From positions 74,533-138,532 of the forward strand of contig JAZQCG010000002.1 of NCBI GenBank assembly GCA_045546155.1: a DNA stretch of 64,000 nucleotides, in the 5' to 3' direction. The first letter of the stretch is position 1. Every line of letters begins with the position of its first letter. The DNA comes from Candidatus Enterousia sp. Its GTDB lineage: Bacteria; Pseudomonadota; Alphaproteobacteria; Rs-D84. Both the position numbers and the translations under genes were made by a program. Below, piece by piece: positions 40,210 to 49,441 of this stretch. Below the pieces are notes generated by a model. That model worked only from the letters and a program-made list of their open reading frames with translations, ran no database searches and was not told where the DNA came from.

Positions 40210-40428
40210 TTATCTTTGTTTTTGCAGTTGTTTTTCTTTGTGTTCGCGTAATTTTATGCAATCGCTTGCATATGCAGGGCACAATCCACCGGTTAAAAAT
40301 ACAACTGGTCTGTTTTCATGCATCGCTTCATACATCTGTCGATAAAACTCTTCGCTACGCTCTGTCTGGGTACATTCCAAATCATTTGCGCTTGGGCATC
40401 TGTCACCAATACACCAACTCTTTACCAT
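40210..40428 (-). CDS. small Cys-rich hypothetical protein (72 aa; possible Zn ribbon)
   Basis: C.GDRCP...EC...GGLCP....DC. Confidence 0.4.
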   Translation of the reverse strand: MVKSWCIGDRCPSANDLECTQTERSEEFYRQMYEAMHENRPVVFLTGGLCPAYASDCIKLREHKEKQLQKQR

Positions 40429-40432
40429 GATG

Positions 40433-40708
40433 CTACCTTTGTCGCTCGTATGTATGCGGTATTTTTAATAATTCCTGCTTTATTTGCATAAAGTAATCAT
40501 GCAAATTAATACCGTTTTCCATGGCAAAGGACATCATGTCATCAATATTGTCCAAATAACAATCGTGCATAAGGGTTTTAAGTTCTTTGTCTTGAAACCA
40601 TACCTCATGAAAAGCCCTGTGAATAAAGGCCTTGCACATATTAAGACGACTTATTGCTTTTGGTGCCTTTGCCATTGGATAAACGTTTCGGAATAAATTA
40701 TTCTGCAA
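40433..40708 (-). CDS. small hypothetical protein (91 aa) immediately downstream of rpsP
   Basis: ORF overlaps the rpsP stop by 11 nt. Confidence 0.4.
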   Translation of the reverse strand: MQNNLFRNVYPMAKAPKAISRLNMCKAFIHRAFHEVWFQDKELKTLMHDCYLDNIDDMMSFAMENGINLHDYFMQIKQELLKIPHTYERQR

Positions 40709-41147
40709 CCGCTTCGGTTGTTTCTTCGGCTGCTGGTGCAGCTGCTTCCGCTTCTGCAGCTGCCTTAGCGGCGGCTTCTGCTGCGGCTTTTTCTTCGGCG
40801 ATTTTTGCCAGCTTTTCAGCTTTGTCTTTAATCTTCATCTGTGTTTTTTCAGATTGCAGATGTTTCTTTGTCTGAACTGGAATCGCCTTTGCTTTTACCA
40901 AGCCAGCTTTGGCCAAGAATTTATGTACACGATCAGATGGCTGTGCACCTTTTGCCAACCATGCTTTTACTTCGTCAATTTTCAATGTAACGCGTTTGTC
41001 GCTGTCTTTGGCCTGCATTGGGTCATATTTACCAACAACTTCCAGAACATTACCGGAATTACGTGCATTGCGTGAATCTGTCACAACAATGTGATAGTAT
41101 GGGCGTTTTTTTGCACCAAAACGAGCCAAACGAATAACAGTTGCCAT
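40698..41147 (-). CDS. rpsP: 30S ribosomal protein S16 with Ala/Glu-rich C-terminal extension
   Basis: MATVIRLARFGAKKRPYYHIVV... Confidence 0.9.
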   Translation of the reverse strand: MATVIRLARFGAKKRPYYHIVVTDSRNARNSGNVLEVVGKYDPMQAKDSDKRVTLKIDEVKAWLAKGAQPSDRVHKFLAKAGLVKAKAIPVQTKKHLQSEKTQMKIKDKAEKLAKIAEEKAAAEAAAKAAAEAEAAAPAAEETTEAVAE

Positions 41148-41377
41148 AATTTACTCCTTTTTATTTATAACTGTTTTAACCACAAAGAAAACCGCCATCA
41201 AGGACGAAACTCGTCGGATGATGTACCACACGCATACTGCGAACTGGTGTTATAAAAATGGCAATCTTTGGGATTTGCGCGCCTATTATGAACCAAAAAA
41301 TCAAAAAAGTCAAATGGTTATTAAAAAAAACGCCACAATCCGAAAATAAATCCGACCACAAGGGTCGGCTATATTCT

Positions 41378-41451
41378 TGGTGCGGGCGAAGGGAATCGAA
41401 CCCTCGCCTAAAGCTTGGGAAGCTTTCGTTCTACCATTATACTACGCCCGC
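41378..41451 (-). tRNA. tRNA-Gly (anticodon CCC)
   Basis: 74 nt. Acceptor GCGGGCG/CGCCCGC. Anticodon loop TTCCCAA. T-arm GGTTCGATTCC. Terminator hairpin at 41351..41370. Confidence 0.8.
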
Positions 41452-41497
41452 GACGTATGGCGAAATATTATCTTATTTTGTCATCGATGTCCAGACT

Positions 41498-43231
41498 TTA
41501 TTTCTGGCGTCCACGCAACATATCTGCCAATGGTTCTACGATATAAGAATTACGCTGTTTATCAACATTGGCTAATTTCGTCCCCAGTATTTCCAATTGT
41601 GGCGACCATACTGCATATTTTTCAATATACTGACGTGCCATTTCTGGATTTTTTGACAACTGAATATCAATCACATCGCGCAACATTTTTTTACCACGTG
41701 CGACAACTGCATCAAAATCTATGACTAAACGATTTGATGAATCCAGACGAATTGCACCACACTCAAATAACATATTATGTTGCATAATATTGCGTTTTGC
41801 ATGGGCGCGACTAAAATTTGCACCCGGATATAAATAAGCAATCAACCATGATGTAATCAGCTCTTGTTTTTGATTTGGTGTAAAGAATCCAGCACGCACC
41901 AATTCGTCTAGCATCGCAATCGAGCCTGCATCTGCCTTGTGTTCTTCGATAATATTTTTATATTCGCCCAGTGCTTCCAGATCATCTTTTGGGCCTAACG
42001 TATGCATGTTTTCGTGCAAAATTGTAAAGTCGTGCAGGGCACGCACCGAAAAATATTTATGAAATTCCGGTGCCAGCAATGCATTAATCTTTTCATCCAT
42101 CCCATTGCCATATTTGCACTGGCGCATTTGTTTTAAATAGACTGTCCGATGACCACCGCCTGTTTGAACCGCTAATTTATCTGCATTAGGCAGGTTAAAC
42201 GCCAATGTTATCTGGCTACGATATGCCGCATTGTGTCCGCTAACCGATACGACATCAACGTCGACCATTGTTTGTTTTGTGTTTGTCCCCAGGACCTGTT
42301 TGTATTCATCTGCGCGTGGCATTTTGGATGCCAGCATGGGCAGATATTGTTTTATTTTTAACAAATAATCCGTGCCGGCCGTATCGACAATACCAACCGT
42401 CGCCCCCAAGTTGTCTTTTGCATATGGTGTAATTCCGCGCGCATCCAACATAGATTTTAATTTTGGATTTTGTAATACTGTCGGCGTCATCGCATCGTCA
42501 TAGCATTCGCGCCCCAGTGTAAATTCCAATGGCCCCGATTGAAGGGTTGCCCATTTTTTGTCGGCTTCACAATCAGCCCATGGCCAGTAATTCATCAATG
42601 CTGCGGATTGCAGTGTCAGATATTCTTTGAAATCGAAATTTTCCGTGCTTACAGCGGCGGCCTGTAATGCATGTGCTGCCGAACGAAAATCAAATTTGAA
42701 CGCATTTGTATAATCAACAGCTTTCAATTCATCGCCAAAACGCTTTACAATGGTGCGTTGATTTAATATTTCACGTACTTCTTCATCCTTATAGCCGCTT
42801 TCCAACATACGAATTAAAATGTCATGAAATTCATCAACTGATAAATTATATGGATACAAACCGCGTCCCAAACGAGGCTCAACATCATTGGTTAATGCAA
42901 CCGGTGCGCCTGATTTTTCATGTGCAAATATTCCGCGTTGCCCACGAAATAATTTCTGCGTTAATTTTATATCTTTAAAGGATTGGCGCGATTCTAGAAA
43001 CAGTTCAAAATCTAAATTATAAGGATGGTCCAGTTGTAACGCCACACGATCGATAATATCAGACGCGCGCACCAACCATTTTAATGCAGTTTTTTCCCGT
43101 TCGGGCAGGGCATTGTATTGTTCCGCATCAACACCCAACATAGTGTATGGTGTAAAGGCTTCGGGCGATGTACGCTGAACCAATTCATTATGATCATATG
43201 CAATTTTATACAAACGTCTTATCATTGACAT
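41498..43231 (-). CDS. HExxH zinc-metallopeptidase-like protein (577 aa; HENMH plus downstream EEHKAD, reminiscent of the M49/DPP-III zinc-binding pair)
   Basis: Motifs seen in sequence. Last gene of a five-gene coupled operon. Confidence 0.45.
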   Translation of the reverse strand: MSMIRRLYKIAYDHNELVQRTSPEAFTPYTMLGVDAEQYNALPEREKTALKWLVRASDIIDRVALQLDHPYNLDFELFLESRQSFKDIKLTQKLFRGQRGIFAHEKSGAPVALTNDVEPRLGRGLYPYNLSVDEFHDILIRMLESGYKDEEVREILNQRTIVKRFGDELKAVDYTNAFKFDFRSAAHALQAAAVSTENFDFKEYLTLQSAALMNYWPWADCEADKKWATLQSGPLEFTLGRECYDDAMTPTVLQNPKLKSMLDARGITPYAKDNLGATVGIVDTAGTDYLLKIKQYLPMLASKMPRADEYKQVLGTNTKQTMVDVDVVSVSGHNAAYRSQITLAFNLPNADKLAVQTGGGHRTVYLKQMRQCKYGNGMDEKINALLAPEFHKYFSVRALHDFTILHENMHTLGPKDDLEALGEYKNIIEEHKADAGSIAMLDELVRAGFFTPNQKQELITSWLIAYLYPGANFSRAHAKRNIMQHNMLFECGAIRLDSSNRLVIDFDAVVARGKKMLRDVIDIQLSKNPEMARQYIEKYAVWSPQLEILGTKLANVDKQRNSYIVEPLADMLRGRQK

Positions 43232-43243
43232 TTTTACGTTCCT

Positions 43244-44311
43244 TTATTTCTGATTTGCCTTTACAATGTCTGCGACATATTCTGTAATCCGGTCAACCGC
43301 ACCACGAAAATCAAATGCCATCGACAAAGGGCATTTGTCTGACACGTTTCCCGTACTGCAAATCACGCATTGTGCCCAATCCCCACTTTGCAATGCCGTA
43401 CATTGTTTCTTTGCCTTGGTTGCAATAAATTCTTGTTTTTTAAAACACGTTAAAAACGCTTCAATATCATTATATTTTAAATCCATCAAGAATTTAAACA
43501 CAGGACAAATTCGCGCCGCCAATTCTTTGTCTTGCATATATTCTTGATGTTTTTTTGCCTGACGCTGGGCAATACGTTCTTTGTTTGCCTGATAGTATAA
43601 TCGTTGTTGCGCCAGTCTCGCATCTTTGTTTGCATAATAGTTTGCACGGGTTCGCGCATTATACATATCTTTCTTTTTTTGATACGATTGCTTTTTGCGT
43701 TCTGCGACAACATTGGCGTTATTTTTGCGATATGCTGTATGATATGCTTTCTGTTCTGCCAAATGTTCTGAACGCCATTTTTTATAATACAAGCGTATTG
43801 TATCACGATGTTCTAAATAATAGTCCTTCATTTGTTCGGCCAGCCTGGCTTTATTTTCAACATAGTATTTATGGCGATATGTTTTGCGTTTGTTTCGTTT
43901 TGCATCTGCAACAGTCTTTAATTTTGTATGCATCGCGTCAATATTATACGGCATACAAGGCGTAGTGCTTTTAATCAAATTATTCATCGCCAACAGACGA
44001 TGGCTTGTTATCTTAAAGGGTAGTATTTCTGGCAACACCCGACACAGTCTGTCATCAATATGCACTGCACCCGACATAACATCCATAAATTGTTGGGATG
44101 TAAAAATATTTTGCATTGATTCTGCGACTAGAAAATCATCAAGTGTTTTTTGTTCACCAGAATCAAACAAAAACCATTCTACAAAAACATCAGCTAGTGT
44201 ATACACTGTATTAGGAACAGAACCACCCATATGCCACGACAGTGTCAATCCATCATCATATCGCAACGATGTATAACTTGTGTCTGAAAAAATTTGCGCC
44301 AATCCGTCCAT
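43244..44311 (-). CDS. Tyr-hendecad-repeat protein with C-terminal Cys-rich module ending ADIVKANQK (paralog of 44323..44931)
   Basis: About ten 11-residue repeats of YYxxNKxxxxx type, then CPVFKF...C..C...C. Confidence 0.5.
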   Translation of the reverse strand: MDGLAQIFSDTSYTSLRYDDGLTLSWHMGGSVPNTVYTLADVFVEWFLFDSGEQKTLDDFLVAESMQNIFTSQQFMDVMSGAVHIDDRLCRVLPEILPFKITSHRLLAMNNLIKSTTPCMPYNIDAMHTKLKTVADAKRNKRKTYRHKYYVENKARLAEQMKDYYLEHRDTIRLYYKKWRSEHLAEQKAYHTAYRKNNANVVAERKKQSYQKKKDMYNARTRANYYANKDARLAQQRLYYQANKERIAQRQAKKHQEYMQDKELAARICPVFKFLMDLKYNDIEAFLTCFKKQEFIATKAKKQCTALQSGDWAQCVICSTGNVSDKCPLSMAFDFRGAVDRITEYVADIVKANQK

Positions 44312-44322
44312 TTATTCACCAG

Positions 44323-44931
44323 TTATTTTTGATTTGCCATTACAATATCGGCGGCATGTTCACGGATTGTTGCGGCTGCATTTTCAAATTCAAACACGTG
44401 TGGCATCGGACATTTGCAAGCCATTTGTTTGCCCGACATTGAACAATCTTTGCAAATCGGACACATACTGTAATCCCCTGCAATAATCGCGGGACATTTT
44501 GCACGATGTGCCAGATTAGCATTTGGTTTGTATTTAGTCGTATATAATTCAATATTTTTCAGACGAATTTTATCAACAAATTTAAAAGCAGGGCACATAA
44601 CACGTGCGTTTTTTCTTTCTTGTTTTGCCTGGATGCTTTGTGCACGCAATTCATCGCGATGTTCGGTGTAATATTGTTTAAAGGATTCTTTGTGCTCGTG
44701 ATAATAAGCACGACATCTTGCGTTGATTCTGTCTTTGTTTTTTAAACAGTATTCCTGGATTCTGTCCTTGTACTTTTCGCGACTTTCACGTGCGTGCATG
44801 CGATTTTTTTCGCGCAGGGTATCCACATTGCGTGCATAATATTCACGCGCGGCTTGTTGTCGTGCTTCGCGGTTTTTTGCGTATCTTTCGCGGGCACGTT
44901 GACGACGTAAATCCAAGTTTTTATACGCCAT
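44323..44931 (-). CDS. Tyr-hendecad-repeat protein with C-terminal Cys-rich module ending ADIVMANQK (paralog)
   Basis: Repeats REYYARN / RAYYHEH / KQYYTEH, then CPAFKF...CPICKDC...CKCP. Confidence 0.5.
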   Translation of the reverse strand: MAYKNLDLRRQRARERYAKNREARQQAAREYYARNVDTLREKNRMHARESREKYKDRIQEYCLKNKDRINARCRAYYHEHKESFKQYYTEHRDELRAQSIQAKQERKNARVMCPAFKFVDKIRLKNIELYTTKYKPNANLAHRAKCPAIIAGDYSMCPICKDCSMSGKQMACKCPMPHVFEFENAAATIREHAADIVMANQK

Positions 44932-44936
44932 AATTT

Positions 44937-45785
44937 TTATCTCTTTTTTTGTAATAATTCATCATATGCTTGCGCAACGGTTTTATTATCCATTGCAGTT
45001 TTGTATTTGTAATTAAGTATAGCTTGGTTGGTGTTTGTGATTTCAAGGCAATCGCTGTCGCCAATATTTGGGTGCCCACTTGGGATATGCTGGGTTAAAT
45101 TATTATCTGCCGCACGTCCCAAACGTGACAACGCACCAATTTCATAAAACATAACGTTCAAATTATCGCCTTTAGACATAACAATAGTGCCATCTGTATC
45201 CATCTGACCGACATGTATTCCGCGCTGTCTAAGAATGTTTGCAAACTCTTGGTACTTATATTGTGATGCGGGTGTATTTAATCCAACAAAAGACACCGGA
45301 ATCGCCGCAGATAAATATTGACTGTTCATAATTTGATTAACAATGTTGGCCGCTGCGTTCAAGTTATCGTGATATTCATCAATAGATATATCAAGTGATA
45401 TTTGGCGGTCGTGTTTGTGCGCAACATCAGCCAGCGATTTTAGAATACTGCCCGCCAGTATTAATTTGTTGCCCCACAGCGCATTAGTCTTAAAGCAGGC
45501 CGACATGTCATTGTTAGCGCAGATATCCGCGACCATTGGGATGTATTTATGTTGCCCAATATAGTACGGTGCCATTGATTCGCCACCTGTAAACACAACG
45601 TAATCCCAAACCGGAATGCCCATATCTTTGTACTGACTGATATATTTTTCAATCGTATCAATGGGCATCAGGTTAAAGGCTTCTTTTGCGTGACTACGTT
45701 CGCAACAATGTGCACAACACAAATTACACCAATTTGTAATCTTAAGTGCCAAATTTACCCGTGGTATAACGTCTTGCCAAATCAT
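44937..45785 (-). CDS. radical SAM superfamily enzyme
   Basis: CxxxCxxC (ITNWCNLCCAHCC) plus FTGGES glycine-rich SAM motif. 282 aa. Confidence 0.65.
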   Translation of the reverse strand: MIWQDVIPRVNLALKITNWCNLCCAHCCERSHAKEAFNLMPIDTIEKYISQYKDMGIPVWDYVVFTGGESMAPYYIGQHKYIPMVADICANNDMSACFKTNALWGNKLILAGSILKSLADVAHKHDRQISLDISIDEYHDNLNAAANIVNQIMNSQYLSAAIPVSFVGLNTPASQYKYQEFANILRQRGIHVGQMDTDGTIVMSKGDNLNVMFYEIGALSRLGRAADNNLTQHIPSGHPNIGDSDCLEITNTNQAILNYKYKTAMDNKTVAQAYDELLQKKR

Positions 45786-46915
45786 TATTTTTCTACCGGT
45801 ATTTGCAACAACTGCTTTGGATAAATCAAGTCTGGGTTTTCAATATTATTGCGTTCTGCAATAATGCTGAACAAAATACCACGGCGCAGGAAATTACGCG
45901 CAATAATCCACAAGCAATCACCACGACGAACGGTATAGAAAGTATCGTCGTCGCCGGTCATCTCTGGCATCACAAAATCATGATTCACAGTTGCGACCGT
46001 GCGACCATCACCATCATGCAAGCGAACCGATAATTTGTATTCTTTGCCACTTTCCAGCTCGCCAATATCCGCACCCAAACCAAAGTGATGATGATCAGAT
46101 ACGCGTGCAAAGCCCATATATTTATCGTTCAATGACAAAGACACACGCAGACGTGGCAATGCATCACCGGTCACAACGATGCGACCATTATCCAGATAAT
46201 CAATCTTGGATACTGATAAATCACCATCGCGCAACATTGATGGCGATTGCAACAATGTACTGCCATCACGTGTCATCAACAATGACACAGAATTTTCTGC
46301 GCCGGCTTCGGACACATAAACAAAAACCTTGTCTTCGGATTTGATTGCAGGATCTGCACCCAACAAAGAAATTGTATAATTGCCGGCTTCAAATGCCTTG
46401 ACCGGTGCATATACGAATTCCCCAGCAGAATCAGTGCGTTCTGTTGCGACAATTTTACCGTTCACAACAATAGATATATTCTGGTGTGGTAACCAACGTC
46501 CCGCAATAATAATATGACCTTCTTTTTCAATGCGAACAATGTCAAACGATGGCGCGGTTGATGTATCAATGGCCTTAACCACTGGTTCTGGGATATTTGG
46601 CACAATCAACACACGTTGCGGGGCAGGTGTTCTAATAAACGCCACCCAAATTGCGATAAATATGACAACCAACGCGCACAGAATCGGAAACCAATATGCG
46701 CCAATTGTGCTGCGACGTTCGCGGGCGCGTTCGACATTTTTCTTTGCATTGGATGTTTTATCAGAATTCTTGCATGCAAACTTATCAATCTTTTTTAGAA
46801 AGTCGCGCGTAAAATTACGACGGTTTTTTAACCACGCATTTTGCTTTGCGATTGCATCATCAATCATAGAATCTGTAGACTGTTTTTTCTTTGAATTTTT
46901 ATCGTTTTTTGACAT
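45785..46915 (-). CDS. bitopic membrane protein with C-terminal LysM peptidoglycan-binding domain
   Basis: Basic N-terminus, one TM (YWFPILCALVVIFIAIWVAFI), and LysM (YTVRRGDCLWIIARNF...LIYPKQLLQIP). Stop overlaps the rSAM start as TAATG. Confidence 0.6.
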   Translation of the reverse strand: MSKNDKNSKKKQSTDSMIDDAIAKQNAWLKNRRNFTRDFLKKIDKFACKNSDKTSNAKKNVERARERRSTIGAYWFPILCALVVIFIAIWVAFIRTPAPQRVLIVPNIPEPVVKAIDTSTAPSFDIVRIEKEGHIIIAGRWLPHQNISIVVNGKIVATERTDSAGEFVYAPVKAFEAGNYTISLLGADPAIKSEDKVFVYVSEAGAENSVSLLMTRDGSTLLQSPSMLRDGDLSVSKIDYLDNGRIVVTGDALPRLRVSLSLNDKYMGFARVSDHHHFGLGADIGELESGKEYKLSVRLHDGDGRTVATVNHDFVMPEMTGDDDTFYTVRRGDCLWIIARNFLRRGILFSIIAERNNIENPDLIYPKQLLQIPVEK

Positions 46916-47019
46916 AGTTGCGCCCTTATATTTTTATTCTAGACAAAATGTAGCAAATTATATTTCTTTGTCAACTTATTTATGGTATAATTTACCCCAG
47001 AAATGTAAAGGATACAGAT

Positions 47020-48102
47020 ATGAAAAAGAAAAAAATTGGTATAATGACAACTGGTGGCGATTGCAGTGGACTGAACACCGTAATTCATCGTGTTATTCGC
47101 GGTGCAAAATTACGTAATTGGCGTGTAATTGGTATACTTGATGGCACAGACGGATTGTGTGACACACCACGCACAATTGAATTAACCGAAGACGTTTTGC
47201 CAATCGAAAACGCCAGACTTTCGGGCAGTTTTCTGCACAATGGTCACGCAGGCGCATTGAATTTTGAAACCGCCGTTGAACGTAACAAGGTTGCACAATT
47301 CAATAAACAACTGCGAAAATCATTGGCAGAATTAAAATTAGATGCGCTGATATTAGTTGGTGGCAATGGCAGTACTTCGCTTGCCTGGGCAAATCGTGAA
47401 ATTTATCAAGACCTGCAATTTATCTGTATTCCAAAAACAATTGATATGGACATGCCGTTAACTGACCGCACAATTGGATTTGATACCGCAGTTCAGCAAC
47501 TGACATCCTTCTGTGATCAATTAATGCTTACCGCGCGCAGTCATCATCGCTGGTTCGTGGTCCAGGCAATGGGACGCGATTGTGGCAATCTGGCATTAAA
47601 CGCCGGGGTTGCGACCGGCGCGACCGCGATATTGATTCCAGAAATCAAATTTAATATCGATGACTTAGTCGCACATATTAAAAACGCACCAACAGATTAT
47701 GGTATCATCATGGTGTCTGAGGGGATAACACTGCGCGGGCATTCTGGAAAACCCGCCGATATGATTTCGCGCAAGCTAACCGCGGCCGGAATCACAAACC
47801 GCACCGCATTCCCAGAACACACCCAACGAGCAGGGGACACAACCGCCTGTGACAGGATTCTAGCAACCCGGTTCGCAGATTGTGCATTACAGGCAATTGA
47901 AAACGGCGAAACATACGTTATTACAACATTGGATTGTGGCGACGTAAAAACCGTTTCTTTGTCAGAATTTGTTGCCGCCGGCGACAGTACATCTGATCCA
48001 AAAATACCAGGACTGTGCACCGCCAATGCATACGTAGACCCCGACGACCCATTACTGTCTGTTGCGCATGACATGGGTATCTATATTGGAAATTATAAAT
48101 AA
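47020..48102 (+). CDS. pfkA: 6-phosphofructokinase (PFK-A family; atypical GGNGS and PKTIDMD active-site motifs)
   Basis: MTTGGDCSGLN, MGRDCG and HTQRAG equivalents of E. coli PfkA motifs. Confidence 0.8.
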   Translation: MKKKKIGIMTTGGDCSGLNTVIHRVIRGAKLRNWRVIGILDGTDGLCDTPRTIELTEDVLPIENARLSGSFLHNGHAGALNFETAVERNKVAQFNKQLRKSLAELKLDALILVGGNGSTSLAWANREIYQDLQFICIPKTIDMDMPLTDRTIGFDTAVQQLTSFCDQLMLTARSHHRWFVVQAMGRDCGNLALNAGVATGATAILIPEIKFNIDDLVAHIKNAPTDYGIIMVSEGITLRGHSGKPADMISRKLTAAGITNRTAFPEHTQRAGDTTACDRILATRFADCALQAIENGETYVITTLDCGDVKTVSLSEFVAAGDSTSDPKIPGLCTANAYVDPDDPLLSVAHDMGIYIGNYK

Positions 48103-48103
48103 G

Positions 48104-48131
48104 AAAATCCCCCAAATTGGGGGATTTTAAT
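48104..48131. terminator. bidirectional terminator AATCCCCCAAATTGGGGGATT
   Basis: Seen in sequence. Confidence 0.6.
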
Positions 48132-48149
48132 AACAATCCAAAGAATTGA

Positions 48150-48761
48150 TTATTTCTTTGCTGCTGCGATTGCTGCGGCTTTTTTATCATCTTCTTCGGC
48201 TGGCATTTTACCGCCAATTGTTGCAAATGCCAATTCAGCCTGATGCAGACCTAATTCAACACCTGCTGGCAAAACCAAGTCTGTACCGTGAACCACGTCA
48301 CCAATTGTCAGTTCTGCCAAATCAATTGTGATTTTTTCTGGGATAACATCAACCAAACCACGCAGTGCAACTTTACGTACCGCAAAGTTCAATGTACCGC
48401 CCAATTTCAAGCCCTTGGATGTTTCAACATTGATAACTTCAACTGGAACAACCACGTTAACAGGCTTTTTAACGTCGATACGTTTAAAGTCCGCATGAAT
48501 AACCGCATCAGACACTGGATGATATTGAATATCCATCAACATTGCATCTTCTGTGCCGTTTGAAGTTGCGATTTGGAACAATTTTGTCCGCAAGCCTGGC
48601 TTTTTAACCAGCATTTCGAATTCACGACCGTTTAATTCGATTGCAACTGGAGCTTTCTTTTCACCATAGATAACAGCCGGAATATTTTTGTTATTGCGGA
48701 TGCTACGTGCGGCCCCCTTGCCAGCAACATTGCGAATTTCTGCATTAATATTAATTGCCAT
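48150..48761 (-). CDS. rplY: 50S ribosomal protein L25 / general stress protein Ctc
   Basis: MAININAEIRNVAGKGAARSIR... 203 aa with Ala/Lys tail. Confidence 0.85.
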   Translation of the reverse strand: MAININAEIRNVAGKGAARSIRNNKNIPAVIYGEKKAPVAIELNGREFEMLVKKPGLRTKLFQIATSNGTEDAMLMDIQYHPVSDAVIHADFKRIDVKKPVNVVVPVEVINVETSKGLKLGGTLNFAVRKVALRGLVDVIPEKITIDLAELTIGDVVHGTDLVLPAGVELGLHQAELAFATIGGKMPAEEDDKKAAAIAAAKK

Positions 48762-48863
48762 TTTTATATCCTTTTTATAGCATTTGTTTAACTTTGCCCA
48801 GCCTCCAAGGGTGCTGTGCGACGCGTATTATTACTTAAAATCTTTGAAAAATCAAGTGTTTTA

Positions 48864-49424
48864 TTATTTTTTACACAGAATCAAGAATCTTGCCCGGCCA
48901 TATGTTTTGTCACGCAGTATTTCCCATGCCGTTTCATCTGGGGCAATGGCGTTTTTTGTTTCTTGTTCCCAAATCAAAACAGTACCCGACCGCGCCACAC
49001 GTCCAATGCGACTCACCAATGCGCCCCCCAGTTCATATTCATCATATGGGGCATCTATAAATATTAAATCTGCATTGTGTGCAAATTTTTGCGCATTGCC
49101 AACTGCATCGGCTTGAAATATTGATGCGCGCGCATCCACACCCAACATCGCCAAATTATCACGCACCGTCCGCACAGATGTCGGCGCAACGTCTGTGAAC
49201 ACAACGCGCGCATTAGAATACCGTGACAAGCACTCTAATCCAAATGCCCCAGACCCCGCAAACGCATCCCAGACTGTAAATTCTGCGGATTTATCGATAA
49301 TTCCTGATTCCAGCATATTAAACAGCGCAATTCGCGCGCGATTCTGGGTCGGGCGCGCATCCGGCGGCAGGCGCAACTTGCGCCCTTTGTATTGTCCTGA
49401 AATAATTTGCAATTTTGAATCCAT
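48864..49424 (-). CDS. rsmD: 16S rRNA (guanine966-N2)-methyltransferase
   Basis: DAFAGSGAFGLE and DAPYD motifs. Confidence 0.8.
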   Translation of the reverse strand: MDSKLQIISGQYKGRKLRLPPDARPTQNRARIALFNMLESGIIDKSAEFTVWDAFAGSGAFGLECLSRYSNARVVFTDVAPTSVRTVRDNLAMLGVDARASIFQADAVGNAQKFAHNADLIFIDAPYDEYELGGALVSRIGRVARSGTVLIWEQETKNAIAPDETAWEILRDKTYGRARFLILCKK

Positions 49425-49441
49425 ACGTTAAAGTATATCGT

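Noticed and set aside
41148-41377. 230-bp gap between rpsP and tRNA-Gly searched for 4.5S or other small RNA
   Set aside because: No SRP RNA domain IV motif (GGAAGCAGCC-like) or RNase P conserved regions found. Only a terminator hairpin next to the tRNA.
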